Shown piece by piece: positions 9,577-19,157 of a stretch of 64,000 nt of DNA (its first letter is position 1; each line of letters opens with the position of its first letter). The translations under genes were made by a program, and so were the position numbers. Source of the stretch: a bacterium (lineage in GTDB: Bacteria; Hinthialibacterota; Hinthialibacteria; Hinthialibacterales; Hinthialibacteraceae); the NCBI GenBank assembly GCA_963662285.2, contig CAXXMV010000008.1, forward strand, positions 1,440,001-1,504,000. Reading direction: 5' to 3'. The notes beneath the pieces were generated by a model that was not told the origin of the DNA, did no database searches, and saw nothing but the letters and a program-made list of their open reading frames with translations.

Positions 9577-10668
9577 ATGAAACCTACGTCTTGCGCTCCG
9601 GTTGATGAATTTACCCCTACAGCCGAAATCCGGCTTGATGACCTGTATAAACCAATTGAGGAACAATTAAGCCTAACGCAATCTTTATATAACGATACAG
9701 TTCTTCAATCAGCTGAGCGTAATTATATCCATCAATTACTTAGTGAAGAAGAATCCATTGTTCAAAAAGAGTATCGTGTGGATATCGCCGATAAAATCGC
9801 CGAACACCTTCTTCAGAGTCGCGGCAAGTGGATTCGCGCTTCAATGGTATTGCTCTGCGCCAAAGCTTGCGGTGTGGAAAGCATTGATGTGCGGCAGTTA
9901 GCGGTTGCGGTCGAACTGGTTCATCTGGCCACTTTGATACATGACGATATTATAGATCAAGCGGACATTCGCAGAGGAATAGCATCCGTACAATGCGGAT
10001 GGGGCAATTCCATCGCGGTGCTAATGGGTGATTTCCTATACTCCAAAGCCTTTAAACTTCTGCTATCCAGTGATTCCATTAAAGCGCAGACATTGCTTGC
10101 CAAAGCCACCGGTCAAATGTGCCTGGGCGAAATCAAACAACTTCGTTTCAATGGCAATGGCGCGATGACCGAACCTGATTACCTGGAAATGATTGAAAAC
10201 AAGACCGCTTCGCTCATGTCAGCCGCCACTGCATCCGGAGGAGTTATTGGCGGCCTGTCTGATGAGATGGTTGAACGCTTACACGAATACGGTCATGCAG
10301 TGGGCATGGCCTTCCAGATTGCGGACGATATTCTTGATTATACCTCTTCAACCAGCGAATTAGGTAAAGAACAGGGTGGAGACCTCCGTAATGGGAAAAC
10401 AACCCTGCCATTAATTCATCTTTTCCAGAAAGATGGAGAAAACGCCCATTCTATCCTCAATAGCAACGGTTCCATCGAACATAAAACTGAACAAATCCTT
10501 TCTTTGATGGAAGAATTCGGTTCTATCAAATATGCTTATGAAGTCGGTCAAAAATATGGTTCTCTAGCCAAAAAGAATCTTCAGGCCATCAAATCCGTGG
10601 CTGGAGAATCGGAAGCGCTGACATCATTAACCAACCTGGTCGATTTCGTGCTGAACCGCAAACGATAG
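9577..10668 (+). CDS. Long-chain polyprenyl diphosphate synthase (IspB/HepT-like)
   Basis: GKWIR, HDDIID..DIRRG, GDFL, KTASL, FQIADDILD, GKTTLP. Confidence 0.93.
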   Translation: MKPTSCAPVDEFTPTAEIRLDDLYKPIEEQLSLTQSLYNDTVLQSAERNYIHQLLSEEESIVQKEYRVDIADKIAEHLLQSRGKWIRASMVLLCAKACGVESIDVRQLAVAVELVHLATLIHDDIIDQADIRRGIASVQCGWGNSIAVLMGDFLYSKAFKLLLSSDSIKAQTLLAKATGQMCLGEIKQLRFNGNGAMTEPDYLEMIENKTASLMSAATASGGVIGGLSDEMVERLHEYGHAVGMAFQIADDILDYTSSTSELGKEQGGDLRNGKTTLPLIHLFQKDGENAHSILNSNGSIEHKTEQILSLMEEFGSIKYAYEVGQKYGSLAKKNLQAIKSVAGESEALTSLTNLVDFVLNRKR

Positions 10669-10807
10669 ATCATTATTCTCTTTACCCTCCACCATTCAAG
10701 AAACCAGAACAGACATATTTACAATATACCCATTGATTTCTGATGCAGTAAAGCAAATGATATCCTATGAACGCCCTGCTTATATTGCAGGAAAATTAAT
10801 TTAAAAA

Positions 10808-11659
10808 ATGGAGATATATTTCATGACAAGAAAAGCCATTGCGTTTTTAGGTAATGTCCTGATTTTACTATTTGCTTGCGCCAACATTCATGCGGCGGAT
10901 AAGACCGTTTGCTCATTAGAAAAAGCCGGTAAGCATATCTATTCTCACGCCCATAATGACTACGAACACGAAAGACCTCTGCTGGATGCGCTGGAAAACA
11001 AGTTCTATAGCGTGGAAGCAGATTTTTGGTTGGTGGACGGAACCATCATGGTTGCACATGACAAACATGATAATAAGAACGAGTATACGGGAACGTTAAA
11101 GGAACTATATCTTGATCCACTGCAAAAACTGGTTGATCAAAAAGGCTCGGTGCATGGCGATGGAGTTCCATTTTATCTTTGGCTGGATATCAAGGATGGC
11201 GGCGACGAGGTGCGCCCTATTTTGCATAACTTATTAAAACAATACTCCATGCTCAGCGCCTTCGCCGATGATAAAGTTGAAGGCCGCCCGGTTACCGCCA
11301 TATTAACCGGCGACGCCAAATCAAAACGCGCCTATGTAAGCGAATACGAAAAACGTTGGGCCTGCCGTGACAGCAACTATTATGATGAGAAAGACCCAAA
11401 AGCAGACCGGAAATGGCGCTGGTATGCATTAAAATGGTCTAATTACATCAAATGGTATGGCAAAGAACCAATCCAACCGGAAGAGTATCAAAAATGGAAA
11501 ACCATTGTTGACGACATCCACGCCAAAGGACGCAAGGTTCGATTCTGGTCTGCTCCCGACAATGAAATGTATTGGCAAAAAGCGCTTGAGGTTGGCGTTG
11601 ATCAAATAAATACAGATAAACTGGATGAACTGAACGCCTATCTGGAAACGGTAAAATAA
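10808..11659 (+). CDS. Secreted PLC-like/GDPD-fold phosphodiesterase (AIM6-like)
   Basis: Signal peptide; HAHNDYEH.RPL, SVEAD, VAHD, VRFWSAPD, GVDQINTD. Confidence 0.8.
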   Translation: MEIYFMTRKAIAFLGNVLILLFACANIHAADKTVCSLEKAGKHIYSHAHNDYEHERPLLDALENKFYSVEADFWLVDGTIMVAHDKHDNKNEYTGTLKELYLDPLQKLVDQKGSVHGDGVPFYLWLDIKDGGDEVRPILHNLLKQYSMLSAFADDKVEGRPVTAILTGDAKSKRAYVSEYEKRWACRDSNYYDEKDPKADRKWRWYALKWSNYIKWYGKEPIQPEEYQKWKTIVDDIHAKGRKVRFWSAPDNEMYWQKALEVGVDQINTDKLDELNAYLETVK

Positions 11660-11701
11660 TATCATTGGGATATTTTATAACGTCTTTGGGAAGACCAGGT
11701 C

Positions 11702-11899
11702 GGGTGGCAAGGGCAGTGTATTTTCTGCCCTTGATTCAGATCACCTTATTTGTTTCTATTGTTTTTATCAACAATCCACGTTGAAGGTAGAATTAAATTT
11801 AATTTTTAGTGCTTGTAATTGGATTATAGAGAATCAATGTTCTTTTTGTTTTTCAAAGGTTTTCAGTCAAGGGCAGAAAGGACACTGCCCTTGGCACCC
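11702..11899. repeat. REPIN/MITE-like element with 33-bp imperfect terminal inverted repeats
   Basis: GGGTGGCAAGGGCAGTGTATTTTCTGCCCTTGA (11702-11734) is inverted at 11867-11899 with 3 mismatches; each arm is itself a hairpin. Confidence 0.75.
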
Positions 11900-11943
11900 A
11901 GCGCCCCTACAATTGCATATTATTTATTATGGAGAACAAAATC

Positions 11944-12867
11944 ATGAATTGGTTTTTAGTTCTATTCACTCTGTTGTCAGTGACTACTTACTCAGAGGAT
12001 ATTGCATTTCAACCTAAGGAAAACGGCGTCTATGCGTTTAACACGCCTTCGGTAAATGGTGTGTTAAATGCGGGCAAGATGCCGCAAGGCGTTGTTTCCC
12101 TGATTGATGCGAAGTCTGGAAAGCAGGTAGTGCTCCCTCCGGGCATCATGGGATACTACCGCTTGATGACCACCAACGACCGCTGGGGAACATCGTTCCG
12201 CCAATGGCCCAGCCAAGATATTTTGCTGCCGGACGGATCAGTGCAAATCACCTGGCCTCCGGCTGAGGATCACCCCATTGAACTGGTTGCGAACTATAAA
12301 TGGGTCGGGTCAAATACGTTAGAACTGAAAACGGCGGTCACCAGCAAACGTAATTTACGCCGGGCTGAAGTGTTTATTGGTTCATATTTCAGCAATGACA
12401 TGAATGCCTTGGTCTATGCAAAACCTACACAGCATTCACCCGAAAAACCGTCCTTCATTCCAGCACGGGTCAATGCTCTGCTGGATGGCTGCTATCTGGC
12501 GTTTCCGCGCGACTCCATGTCAGCCCAGTTATTCTTCGATGGCCGATGGGATAAAGGAGATAATCCCGCTCATTTCTCAGTGACCCGGTTTTATGCTTTA
12601 CCTATGGCCATGAGAGTTGATCCCGCAACAAAGTTGGGAGTCCTGCTCATGGGACGCCCCGACACCTGTTTTGGAGTTGCGATGTCTTATGATAAAGACC
12701 CGCCTGACGGAGTGGCCAACCATAGTTCGCTTTATTTCTCTGAATTTGGCGTTGATTTAGCGCCCGGACAGACAGTACATTCCGTACACCGTATGGTGAT
12801 TGATTACGACATAACCGAAGCGATGGCTTTGTCGTTTTATGATAAGTTTATTACGGAAACGGAGTGA
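11944..12867 (+). CDS. Secreted hypothetical protein (beta-rich)
   Basis: Long ORF with signal peptide and GGAG SD; no recognised motif. Confidence 0.7.
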   Translation: MNWFLVLFTLLSVTTYSEDIAFQPKENGVYAFNTPSVNGVLNAGKMPQGVVSLIDAKSGKQVVLPPGIMGYYRLMTTNDRWGTSFRQWPSQDILLPDGSVQITWPPAEDHPIELVANYKWVGSNTLELKTAVTSKRNLRRAEVFIGSYFSNDMNALVYAKPTQHSPEKPSFIPARVNALLDGCYLAFPRDSMSAQLFFDGRWDKGDNPAHFSVTRFYALPMAMRVDPATKLGVLLMGRPDTCFGVAMSYDKDPPDGVANHSSLYFSEFGVDLAPGQTVHSVHRMVIDYDITEAMALSFYDKFITETE

Positions 12868-12915
12868 ATTGTATTTTAGGATTACGGTGATTCGGTAAAG
12901 CATGACCCACGCAAA

Positions 12916-13746
12916 TCACCAGCCGCCGCTGGCGCCTCCGCCGCCGGACATGCCGCCGCCGAAGCCTCCGAAACTGCCTCCACCGCCGCCCATGCCGCCG
13001 CCGAAATGAGAACCGCCGCCCCAGTGGCTGCGTCTACCTCCGCCGCCCATCAGCATGTAGAGCAGAAAGAGTTTGGGGTTGCGCACGAAAAAGATAAACA
13101 TGACTATGCCCATAATCATGGGCAGAAATCCACCAAGGGGCGAACCACGCTTGGAACCCTGTTGGCTCTTGCGGCTAGGGGCGGGACTAACCGCGCCGCT
13201 TATTTGAAACTCGCTCAACGGAATATTGCGGTCCTTGGCGATTTCAGCAATTAACGCGGCTGACAGGTTTAATAATCCTTCACCATATTTCCCCTGTCGA
13301 AAATAATCGGGCAGAAGAGTGCGACCCAGTTGTGATGCTTTTACATCCGGGATGACGCCTTCAAGGCCGTAGCCGACTTCGATGCGCCATTTCCGGTCTT
13401 TTACTGCTACCAAAATCAGCAGACCGTCATTCTCTCCCTTACGGCCTATGCCCCATTGTTCAAAAAGAGCCACAGCGGCTTCTTCAACCGTGCCATAACC
13501 GTGTTCTTTCAAATTATTTATGGTCACTACAGCAAGTTCAGCTTTGGTTTTCTGTTGCAGGGCTAAGGCGAGTTGATTTATTCCCTGCTCGGATCGCTCT
13601 GATATGACATTGCCAAAATCAGAGACGTAATTGCGCGGTTCAGGCCAAGGCTTCTGAGCGGCGACAGTATAACTTGCCGTAATAAAAACCAATAGCAAAA
13701 TCAGCCCGAGGCGGACTTGAAGATTTCTGTAATATTTACTTGTCAT
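12916..13746 (-). CDS. TPM-domain (YgcG family) membrane protein
   Basis: YVSDFGNVIS, LFEQWGIG.K..NDGLLILVA..DRKWRIEVGYGLEG; Gly-rich tail ending GGGGASGGW. Confidence 0.93.
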   Translation of the reverse strand: MTSKYYRNLQVRLGLILLLVFITASYTVAAQKPWPEPRNYVSDFGNVISERSEQGINQLALALQQKTKAELAVVTINNLKEHGYGTVEEAAVALFEQWGIGRKGENDGLLILVAVKDRKWRIEVGYGLEGVIPDVKASQLGRTLLPDYFRQGKYGEGLLNLSAALIAEIAKDRNIPLSEFQISGAVSPAPSRKSQQGSKRGSPLGGFLPMIMGIVMFIFFVRNPKLFLLYMLMGGGGRRSHWGGGSHFGGGMGGGGGSFGGFGGGMSGGGGASGGW

Positions 13747-13763
13747 GAAAGCATCCTCTCGCT

Positions 13764-14513
13764 TTATTTCGATTCCATACGGTCGATAACCTGGGCCAGT
13801 TTAAGCAGGACGTCAATATATTCGTTATAAACCGATAACGAGTTTCTTCCAATTGAAGACTTGCCGCTGATATGCTGCCAGACTTTTTGACAAGGCATTA
13901 CGGTAAAATTATTACGCTCTTCCAATTCATGAAGAATATCGTTCTTGGTCGCTGGAGGATTTTCCATTCCTAAAAAGCGTAGAAGATTACGGAACACGGG
14001 AAACAACTGACGCTGGACTTCAATCAGAATATCCACCAATATTTTATCGGCGCCCTGATGTTCCAAGAGGAGTTCCCGCATACGGATCAATTTGCCTTTG
14101 ATCTGTTCTTCTATCTTGATGCGCAAGTGTTCGCGGCGAATTTCTAAACACTCAACCTGATTCTTATCGCCATACAACATAAGATGCTTGTCTTGGATTT
14201 CTATGAATTCCAATGGGAAGACGTCACCGGAACGCTCGAATGTTTCTACGGCCAGACATAACGGCGCAGTTATCCTCTTTTTTAAGCTATCACGAATAAT
14301 GGGGCGTAGAATATTGATTTCAGCTGATCCAAACGAATCGAACAGTACTAATGAGTTAATGTCAGATTGTTCGGGGATAAAATCATCTGTCACCACGCTG
14401 CCATATAGATAGATCGAGTCAATTTTTCGGGGAAATGCGGTTAGCGCCCGGTCGAATAATGATTCGACCGTCTCCCTGACGCCGCTTGGAATTTTATCGA
14501 GGTTCTTCAACAT
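13764..14513 (-). CDS. Nucleotidyltransferase-fold protein (TPM/LemA-associated type)
   Basis: LYGS......SDIN, DVFPLEF; probably co-transcribed with the TPM gene. Confidence 0.8.
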   Translation of the reverse strand: MLKNLDKIPSGVRETVESLFDRALTAFPRKIDSIYLYGSVVTDDFIPEQSDINSLVLFDSFGSAEINILRPIIRDSLKKRITAPLCLAVETFERSGDVFPLEFIEIQDKHLMLYGDKNQVECLEIRREHLRIKIEEQIKGKLIRMRELLLEHQGADKILVDILIEVQRQLFPVFRNLLRFLGMENPPATKNDILHELEERNNFTVMPCQKVWQHISGKSSIGRNSLSVYNEYIDVLLKLAQVIDRMESK

Positions 14514-14661
14514 AATATTATAAATCTCCTTTTTTACTCTTGATCAAAAAGTTGTACAATTCATAAAATCTGACATTAAACAAATCCAGCGCTTTCAAAA
14601 CGCATAAATTACTAGTAACCGATCTGGAGTAATTTTCATAATAACGTTCTTATTCAAGATA

Positions 14662-14691
14662 AGAAAAAGCCAGAAAAGGTTGGCTTTTTCT
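14662..14691. terminator. Terminator-like hairpin in divergent intergenic region
   Basis: AGAAAAAGCCA-N8-TGGCTTTTTCT. Confidence 0.4.
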
Positions 14692-15007
14692 AAGTCCAAA
14701 AGTGGTAATCAACCAACAAATTTTTGAGAATCGATCAAAATGCAAGAAAATATCATTAATAATACGCGAAATGCTTCCATTTATCGCCTGGTGAAATAAA
14801 ATAATCTGTTGTTAGACGACGATATATCTCCCAAAATGCCTATCAAGAAGTTAAAATATTGCAACATTGAAATTTGATCAGCCTCAAATATTGCGTTGCT
14901 TCCTTGGATGTAAGAGATATTTAATCCAGTCCTTATAGATACCCTAACAAAACAAACTATGGCTTTATCGATAGATTTAGGCCTAATTTAATAAAAGGAT
15001 TTTGAAC

Positions 15008-16420
15008 ATGAAAAAAAATACTGTTGCATTACTCTTGATTGGAATACTGAGTTTTATCGCTATAAACAGTTCTCCAGCCTATTCTCAAGATGATCCCGCC
15101 GTCGAAAAGCGAATCAAAAAAATAGAAAAGGAAAATGAAACGCTTAAAGAATTAGTTAAACAATTACAAGACCGTCTGGATAAAATCGAAGGCCAAGAAC
15201 CTAAGAAAACCAAAAAGAAAGATAGCGATAAACCAGAAGACGAATCATCCAATAAGAAAGAAAAGAAGATTGATGATAAGGAAAAAGAGAGCGACAAGCA
15301 AGAACTGGCGCCTAAACATAAAACCAGCGTCGCCGATATCAATGGTTATGATGAAGGAAAAGATGACGAAAGTTGGCTGCCATCGCGACTGGGCGAAAAA
15401 TTCCGTTTTGGCGGACGGGTGCAGGTGGAATATTTCAATTCAGAAAATGAATCTCTGCTGCAATCGGCTATTCCCGACAGTCCGGGAGGCAGTTTCCACC
15501 TCGACGAACTGAGCCTTTATCTGGATGCGGACTTAAAAAACGACATTCGACTTTTCAGCAAGATAGATATTCATGGCGAAGATTATGGCTTGCTTGACGC
15601 ATACGCTGATTTCGAAGATCTGCCTCTATCATCCGCATTGCGCGTTGGTCTTCATAAACGTTTCTATCGTCCCAACCGCTATACCGAAACATATCCAATA
15701 ACAGGAATCGCATTCTGGCGCAGTAGAATCCTCGGCTTAACCTGGACCGGCAAATACGATCCAGTATACGCGCATCTCTCTATCGCCAATGGCCCGCAAC
15801 TCGACAAACGCCAACTGATGGAAGACGAATCCTCCGAAATGATCAGTGATGATAACATTGATTTCGACCTCAATGGCGACAAGGAATTAAGCGCAGGAAT
15901 TGGACTTAAACTTGATTTTGATAATTACGGTGAACTGGATATTATGGGTTTTGGCATGATCGGAGAACTTTCCGATGACGATATCGATTACCTTCAGGGT
16001 GACGTCCCCGGATACGGATTGTTTTTTGATGATAAAAAAGAACTGGTGGGCGCCAACTTGTCTTATGATATTAACAAATGGAATTTCTTTAGTCAGGCTA
16101 TAGCGGGAACCGATGGAGAGATGGATCGATTCTCGTGGTACTCAGAGTTATCCTATCTCTTTGAAATTGATGGGATGAGATACCTCAACTCAATCCGTCC
16201 ACTGGTGCGTTATGGAGAATTGGACAACAACCTGACTCCACAACCTTACGCCAAACGTGGATCTATGACATGGGATAGACAGCAATGGTTATTCGCCGTA
16301 ATCGCAGAACTGGTTCGGAATGTTAATTTCAGAGCGGAATATGCACTAAACGACGAAGAGACTGGCGCGCAGGATGCCAATAACAACGAATTTCTGTTTC
16401 AACTCGAAGTTCGTTTTTAA
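15008..16420 (+). CDS. Outer-membrane beta-barrel porin-like protein with N-terminal coiled coil
   Basis: Signal peptide, coiled coil, charged linker, alternating beta strands, DAY motif, C-terminal FLFQLEVRF. Confidence 0.8.
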   Translation: MKKNTVALLLIGILSFIAINSSPAYSQDDPAVEKRIKKIEKENETLKELVKQLQDRLDKIEGQEPKKTKKKDSDKPEDESSNKKEKKIDDKEKESDKQELAPKHKTSVADINGYDEGKDDESWLPSRLGEKFRFGGRVQVEYFNSENESLLQSAIPDSPGGSFHLDELSLYLDADLKNDIRLFSKIDIHGEDYGLLDAYADFEDLPLSSALRVGLHKRFYRPNRYTETYPITGIAFWRSRILGLTWTGKYDPVYAHLSIANGPQLDKRQLMEDESSEMISDDNIDFDLNGDKELSAGIGLKLDFDNYGELDIMGFGMIGELSDDDIDYLQGDVPGYGLFFDDKKELVGANLSYDINKWNFFSQAIAGTDGEMDRFSWYSELSYLFEIDGMRYLNSIRPLVRYGELDNNLTPQPYAKRGSMTWDRQQWLFAVIAELVRNVNFRAEYALNDEETGAQDANNNEFLFQLEVRF

Positions 16421-16547
16421 TGAAGTTCGTTTTGTCATCTGATCAAACGATGTAATTAAATATGCTTTTTTATCAAGTCATCTGAAACATTTTTTGATAT
16501 AGTACGTATATATAAAGAAGACTTTGATTATTAATGGCATCTCTACG

Positions 16548-16561
16548 TTTTTGCGCAAAAA
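16548..16561. promoter_or_regulatory. Perfect palindrome, candidate enhancer-binding-protein site
   Basis: TTTTTGCGCAAAAA, with a second TGCGCAAA near 16596; about 80 bp upstream of the sigma-54 motif. Confidence 0.4.
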
Positions 16562-16639
16562 TTGCTCGTTCGTTAATCTGGATTTGAGAAATATATGCGC
16601 AAACAATAGCGAAATCCTTCAAAATAAAGGATTTCGGAT

Positions 16640-16655
16640 TGGCACGTTACCTGCT
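16640..16655 (+). promoter_or_regulatory. Putative sigma-54 promoter
   Basis: TGGCACG-TTAC-CTGCT versus consensus TGGCACG-N4-TTGCW; GG/GC spacing correct. Confidence 0.6.
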
Positions 16656-16895
16656 TTATACACTACCAGGTTTTACAGGTAGTAATTTAATTTCAGGCGT
16701 TCCCAATAAGGATGAATTTGAAGAAAAATTTAAGCAACATCAAAAAAAAAGTTGTTTTCATCCACCATTTATGATAATACGGCGTCATTAATGAACTAAA
16801 TCTTTCATAAAACAGACTAATTAAATATCGCAAAGGTTGCATGTAAATACTGGACAAATATCACATATTATATGTAGATATTAGATGGGAATGGA

Positions 16896-17663
16896 ATGAA
16901 CGGACAAACAGTAAAAGAAGCAACAAGTTCCATAATGAGTTCTATAGGTAACACTGTTACCGATGTTTTCACATCAGCGGCCAATGACGCAATGAACGGT
17001 GCTTTTCAGCATGAAATTTCGTACATTCAAATACTGATTTCACTGACAGCCGCAGCGATTCTGGGAACCCTGATCGCATATCACCCCCGACGTCATGTAG
17101 AAGGAACCGGACCGGTTACCGACCGTGAACTACGCAACTCGCAAATCCTGATCTGCGTAGCGGGGGCCATTATGGTGATCCTTATCCAGGATAGTTTGGC
17201 CCGCGCATTTGGTTTGGTTGGTTTAGGCAGTTTCGTGCGCTACCGCACAGCGCTGCGAAATCCATTCGACCTGGCCATCATATTCATCCTCATCGGATTG
17301 GGGATGTCGTGCGGATTAGGCATGAACGATATATCAATGTATGAATTGGCGATCACAGTCACCAGTTTCGTCTATATCCTGCTCTATATAATGTCGTTCA
17401 ATAAAAGCGCCTATCATCATACATGGCAATTGAGAATCGATAGCACCGATCCGCTCATAATCGAAAAAGCCTTTCGCAAAGTTGCAGAAAAACAAGGTTT
17501 TTTAGTTATGAAACTGCGGCGCAGCAGAGAAGCCGGTCATTTCCGCTGCCTCTTCATCGCCAAGCGTTCTTTCAACACTGATGAAGTGACGCAAGACATA
17601 AAGGATTTATGCGGGGAAAAAATAATCTTCAGCCGTTTCGACTGGCAACTGGAGAGAAAATAG
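16896..17663 (+). CDS. DUF4956/MgtC-SapB-like membrane protein
   Basis: SLARAFGLVGLGSFVRYRT, GLGMSCG; several TM helices and an ACT-like C-terminal domain. Confidence 0.8.
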   Translation: MNGQTVKEATSSIMSSIGNTVTDVFTSAANDAMNGAFQHEISYIQILISLTAAAILGTLIAYHPRRHVEGTGPVTDRELRNSQILICVAGAIMVILIQDSLARAFGLVGLGSFVRYRTALRNPFDLAIIFILIGLGMSCGLGMNDISMYELAITVTSFVYILLYIMSFNKSAYHHTWQLRIDSTDPLIIEKAFRKVAEKQGFLVMKLRRSREAGHFRCLFIAKRSFNTDEVTQDIKDLCGEKIIFSRFDWQLERK

Positions 17664-17675
17664 TATTAACCGCCA

Positions 17676-18632
17676 TTAACTATTCCGACAGATAATCAGC
17701 GAGTGATCGTGTGGAAGACTTCCGCTTTCGAGCAGGAGGTCTTCGCACGCCGCCGCCATCTGCACCATGATGGCATGATCGCGGGAACCTTCTTCATCGA
17801 AATTCCCCATAATGGCCTCAAATAACAGATGTAAAACAGTTCCGCCATAATCCCGTTGTTCGATAATTTCAAACCGCTCGCGTAAAGCAGGGATAATCCG
17901 TTCTGAACAAACCGCCTCAAACGCCATGTGTTGTTTCATAAATTCTAAAGAAGGACGTACAATTCGATCATTGGTTTGTTCTGGATTACGCAAATTAACA
18001 GTCAACTCAGAGGGGAAGCACTTAAGCAGCCGATTGGCGGCATTCAACTGCGCATCGCTCCATTGAAACCGGTCTGGTCCTATAAACTCGTTGGCGATGA
18101 ATAAGCCCCCTGGTTCAAGCCGTTTTTTTAATCCATCCAGACATCTCTCCAGATGAACGAAATGATGCAAGGCCATCGAAACGAATACCGCATTATATTG
18201 CTTATCCAAATCGGCTTGATCGAGAAAATTGGCGTCGGCCACGGTATATCGTACTTTGGGGCTAAAACCTTCCTCTTCAGCCAGTTTTCTGGCTATCTCA
18301 ACTGCTCCCGGACTGATATCAAAGCCATCCATCCGCCCGGTAATATCCCGATCAAGAATTAAACGTTCCAACTCGCCATGTCCACACCCGACATTCAAGG
18401 CGGATTTGACGGGTTTCTTAAAAAACTTATGTTTGATATAGTCCAACCAATCAAGGTCAGGAGAACCGGAGATTCGACGGTTAATGTAACGCGCCAGCAT
18501 AGGCGAATCAAACCAGGAGAGACGCGTTGCGCTCTTTGCCTGACCCCAGAGTTCTTCTTCTCTCAAAGCCATATTGTCATAGTCGGATTCATACGAGGGA
18601 ATGGAAGATTTCCGTTTAGGCATCAGTCTCAT
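17676..18632 (-). CDS. Class I SAM-dependent methyltransferase
   Basis: LNVGCGHG, GFDISPGAV, ALHHF, LEPGG, EFIGPDRFQW. Confidence 0.9.
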   Translation of the reverse strand: MRLMPKRKSSIPSYESDYDNMALREEELWGQAKSATRLSWFDSPMLARYINRRISGSPDLDWLDYIKHKFFKKPVKSALNVGCGHGELERLILDRDITGRMDGFDISPGAVEIARKLAEEEGFSPKVRYTVADANFLDQADLDKQYNAVFVSMALHHFVHLERCLDGLKKRLEPGGLFIANEFIGPDRFQWSDAQLNAANRLLKCFPSELTVNLRNPEQTNDRIVRPSLEFMKQHMAFEAVCSERIIPALRERFEIIEQRDYGGTVLHLLFEAIMGNFDEEGSRDHAIMVQMAAACEDLLLESGSLPHDHSLIICRNS

Positions 18633-18924
18633 CTTTATATTCTTTCAGCATCTGTTCATAGCGGTAACAGCGTGCTTCCAGTTCTTTTAACTTAGTTTTA
18701 TGCTGAGTTAAATCGCTGTCTTTCTGACTGAGTAGATTTTCCAGATTTCCAAGATGTTTAAGAAAATCAGCAATATTCTCTTCTTTGTCGGTCAGCATCT
18801 TTTCGAGATTATGGGCGTGTTCGAGCAAACCCTTGCGATGCTCTTCCGCATCGTACAAACGGGATTTCAGCTCTTCCAACTCCCGCTCTGATATATTGAT
18901 GTTATCTTCTATATTATTTGACAT
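18616..18924 (-). CDS. Small coiled-coil protein
   Basis: Heptad pattern throughout; internal repeat LEHAHNLEKML / LKHLGNLENLL; overlaps the methyltransferase start. Confidence 0.7.
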   Translation of the reverse strand: MSNNIEDNINISERELEELKSRLYDAEEHRKGLLEHAHNLEKMLTDKEENIADFLKHLGNLENLLSQKDSDLTQHKTKLKELEARCYRYEQMLKEYKDETDA

Positions 18925-19120
18925 GATCTTTGGCTAATATCCATTATTTCCGGTCTAAGTTCAATAAGTTTGCATCATTAGAGCGATGGTTAAAATAACG
19001 AGCATCAATGCGTTTGTTAACCGGTCTAGTATTTCTGTATTTTATCATAGTTTTAAGACTAAGCCTCCATCTGAAAGAGAGGTTTGCATAAAAACGTTAA
19101 TATTTGTGTTTAAAAAAGGC

Positions 19121-19157
19121 AAAAAAGCAGGTGAGGTATTTCCAACCTCACCTGCTT
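19121..19157 (-). terminator. Intrinsic terminator
   Basis: 13-bp stem AAGCAGGTGAGGT/ACCTCACCTGCTT followed by T-runs on the minus strand. Confidence 0.8.

Noticed and set aside
11781-12017. 78-aa ORF
   Set aside because: Runs through the repeat element and overlaps the next gene out of frame
12916-13050. CCG-rich repeat tract
   Set aside because: Encodes the normal Gly-rich tail of TPM proteins
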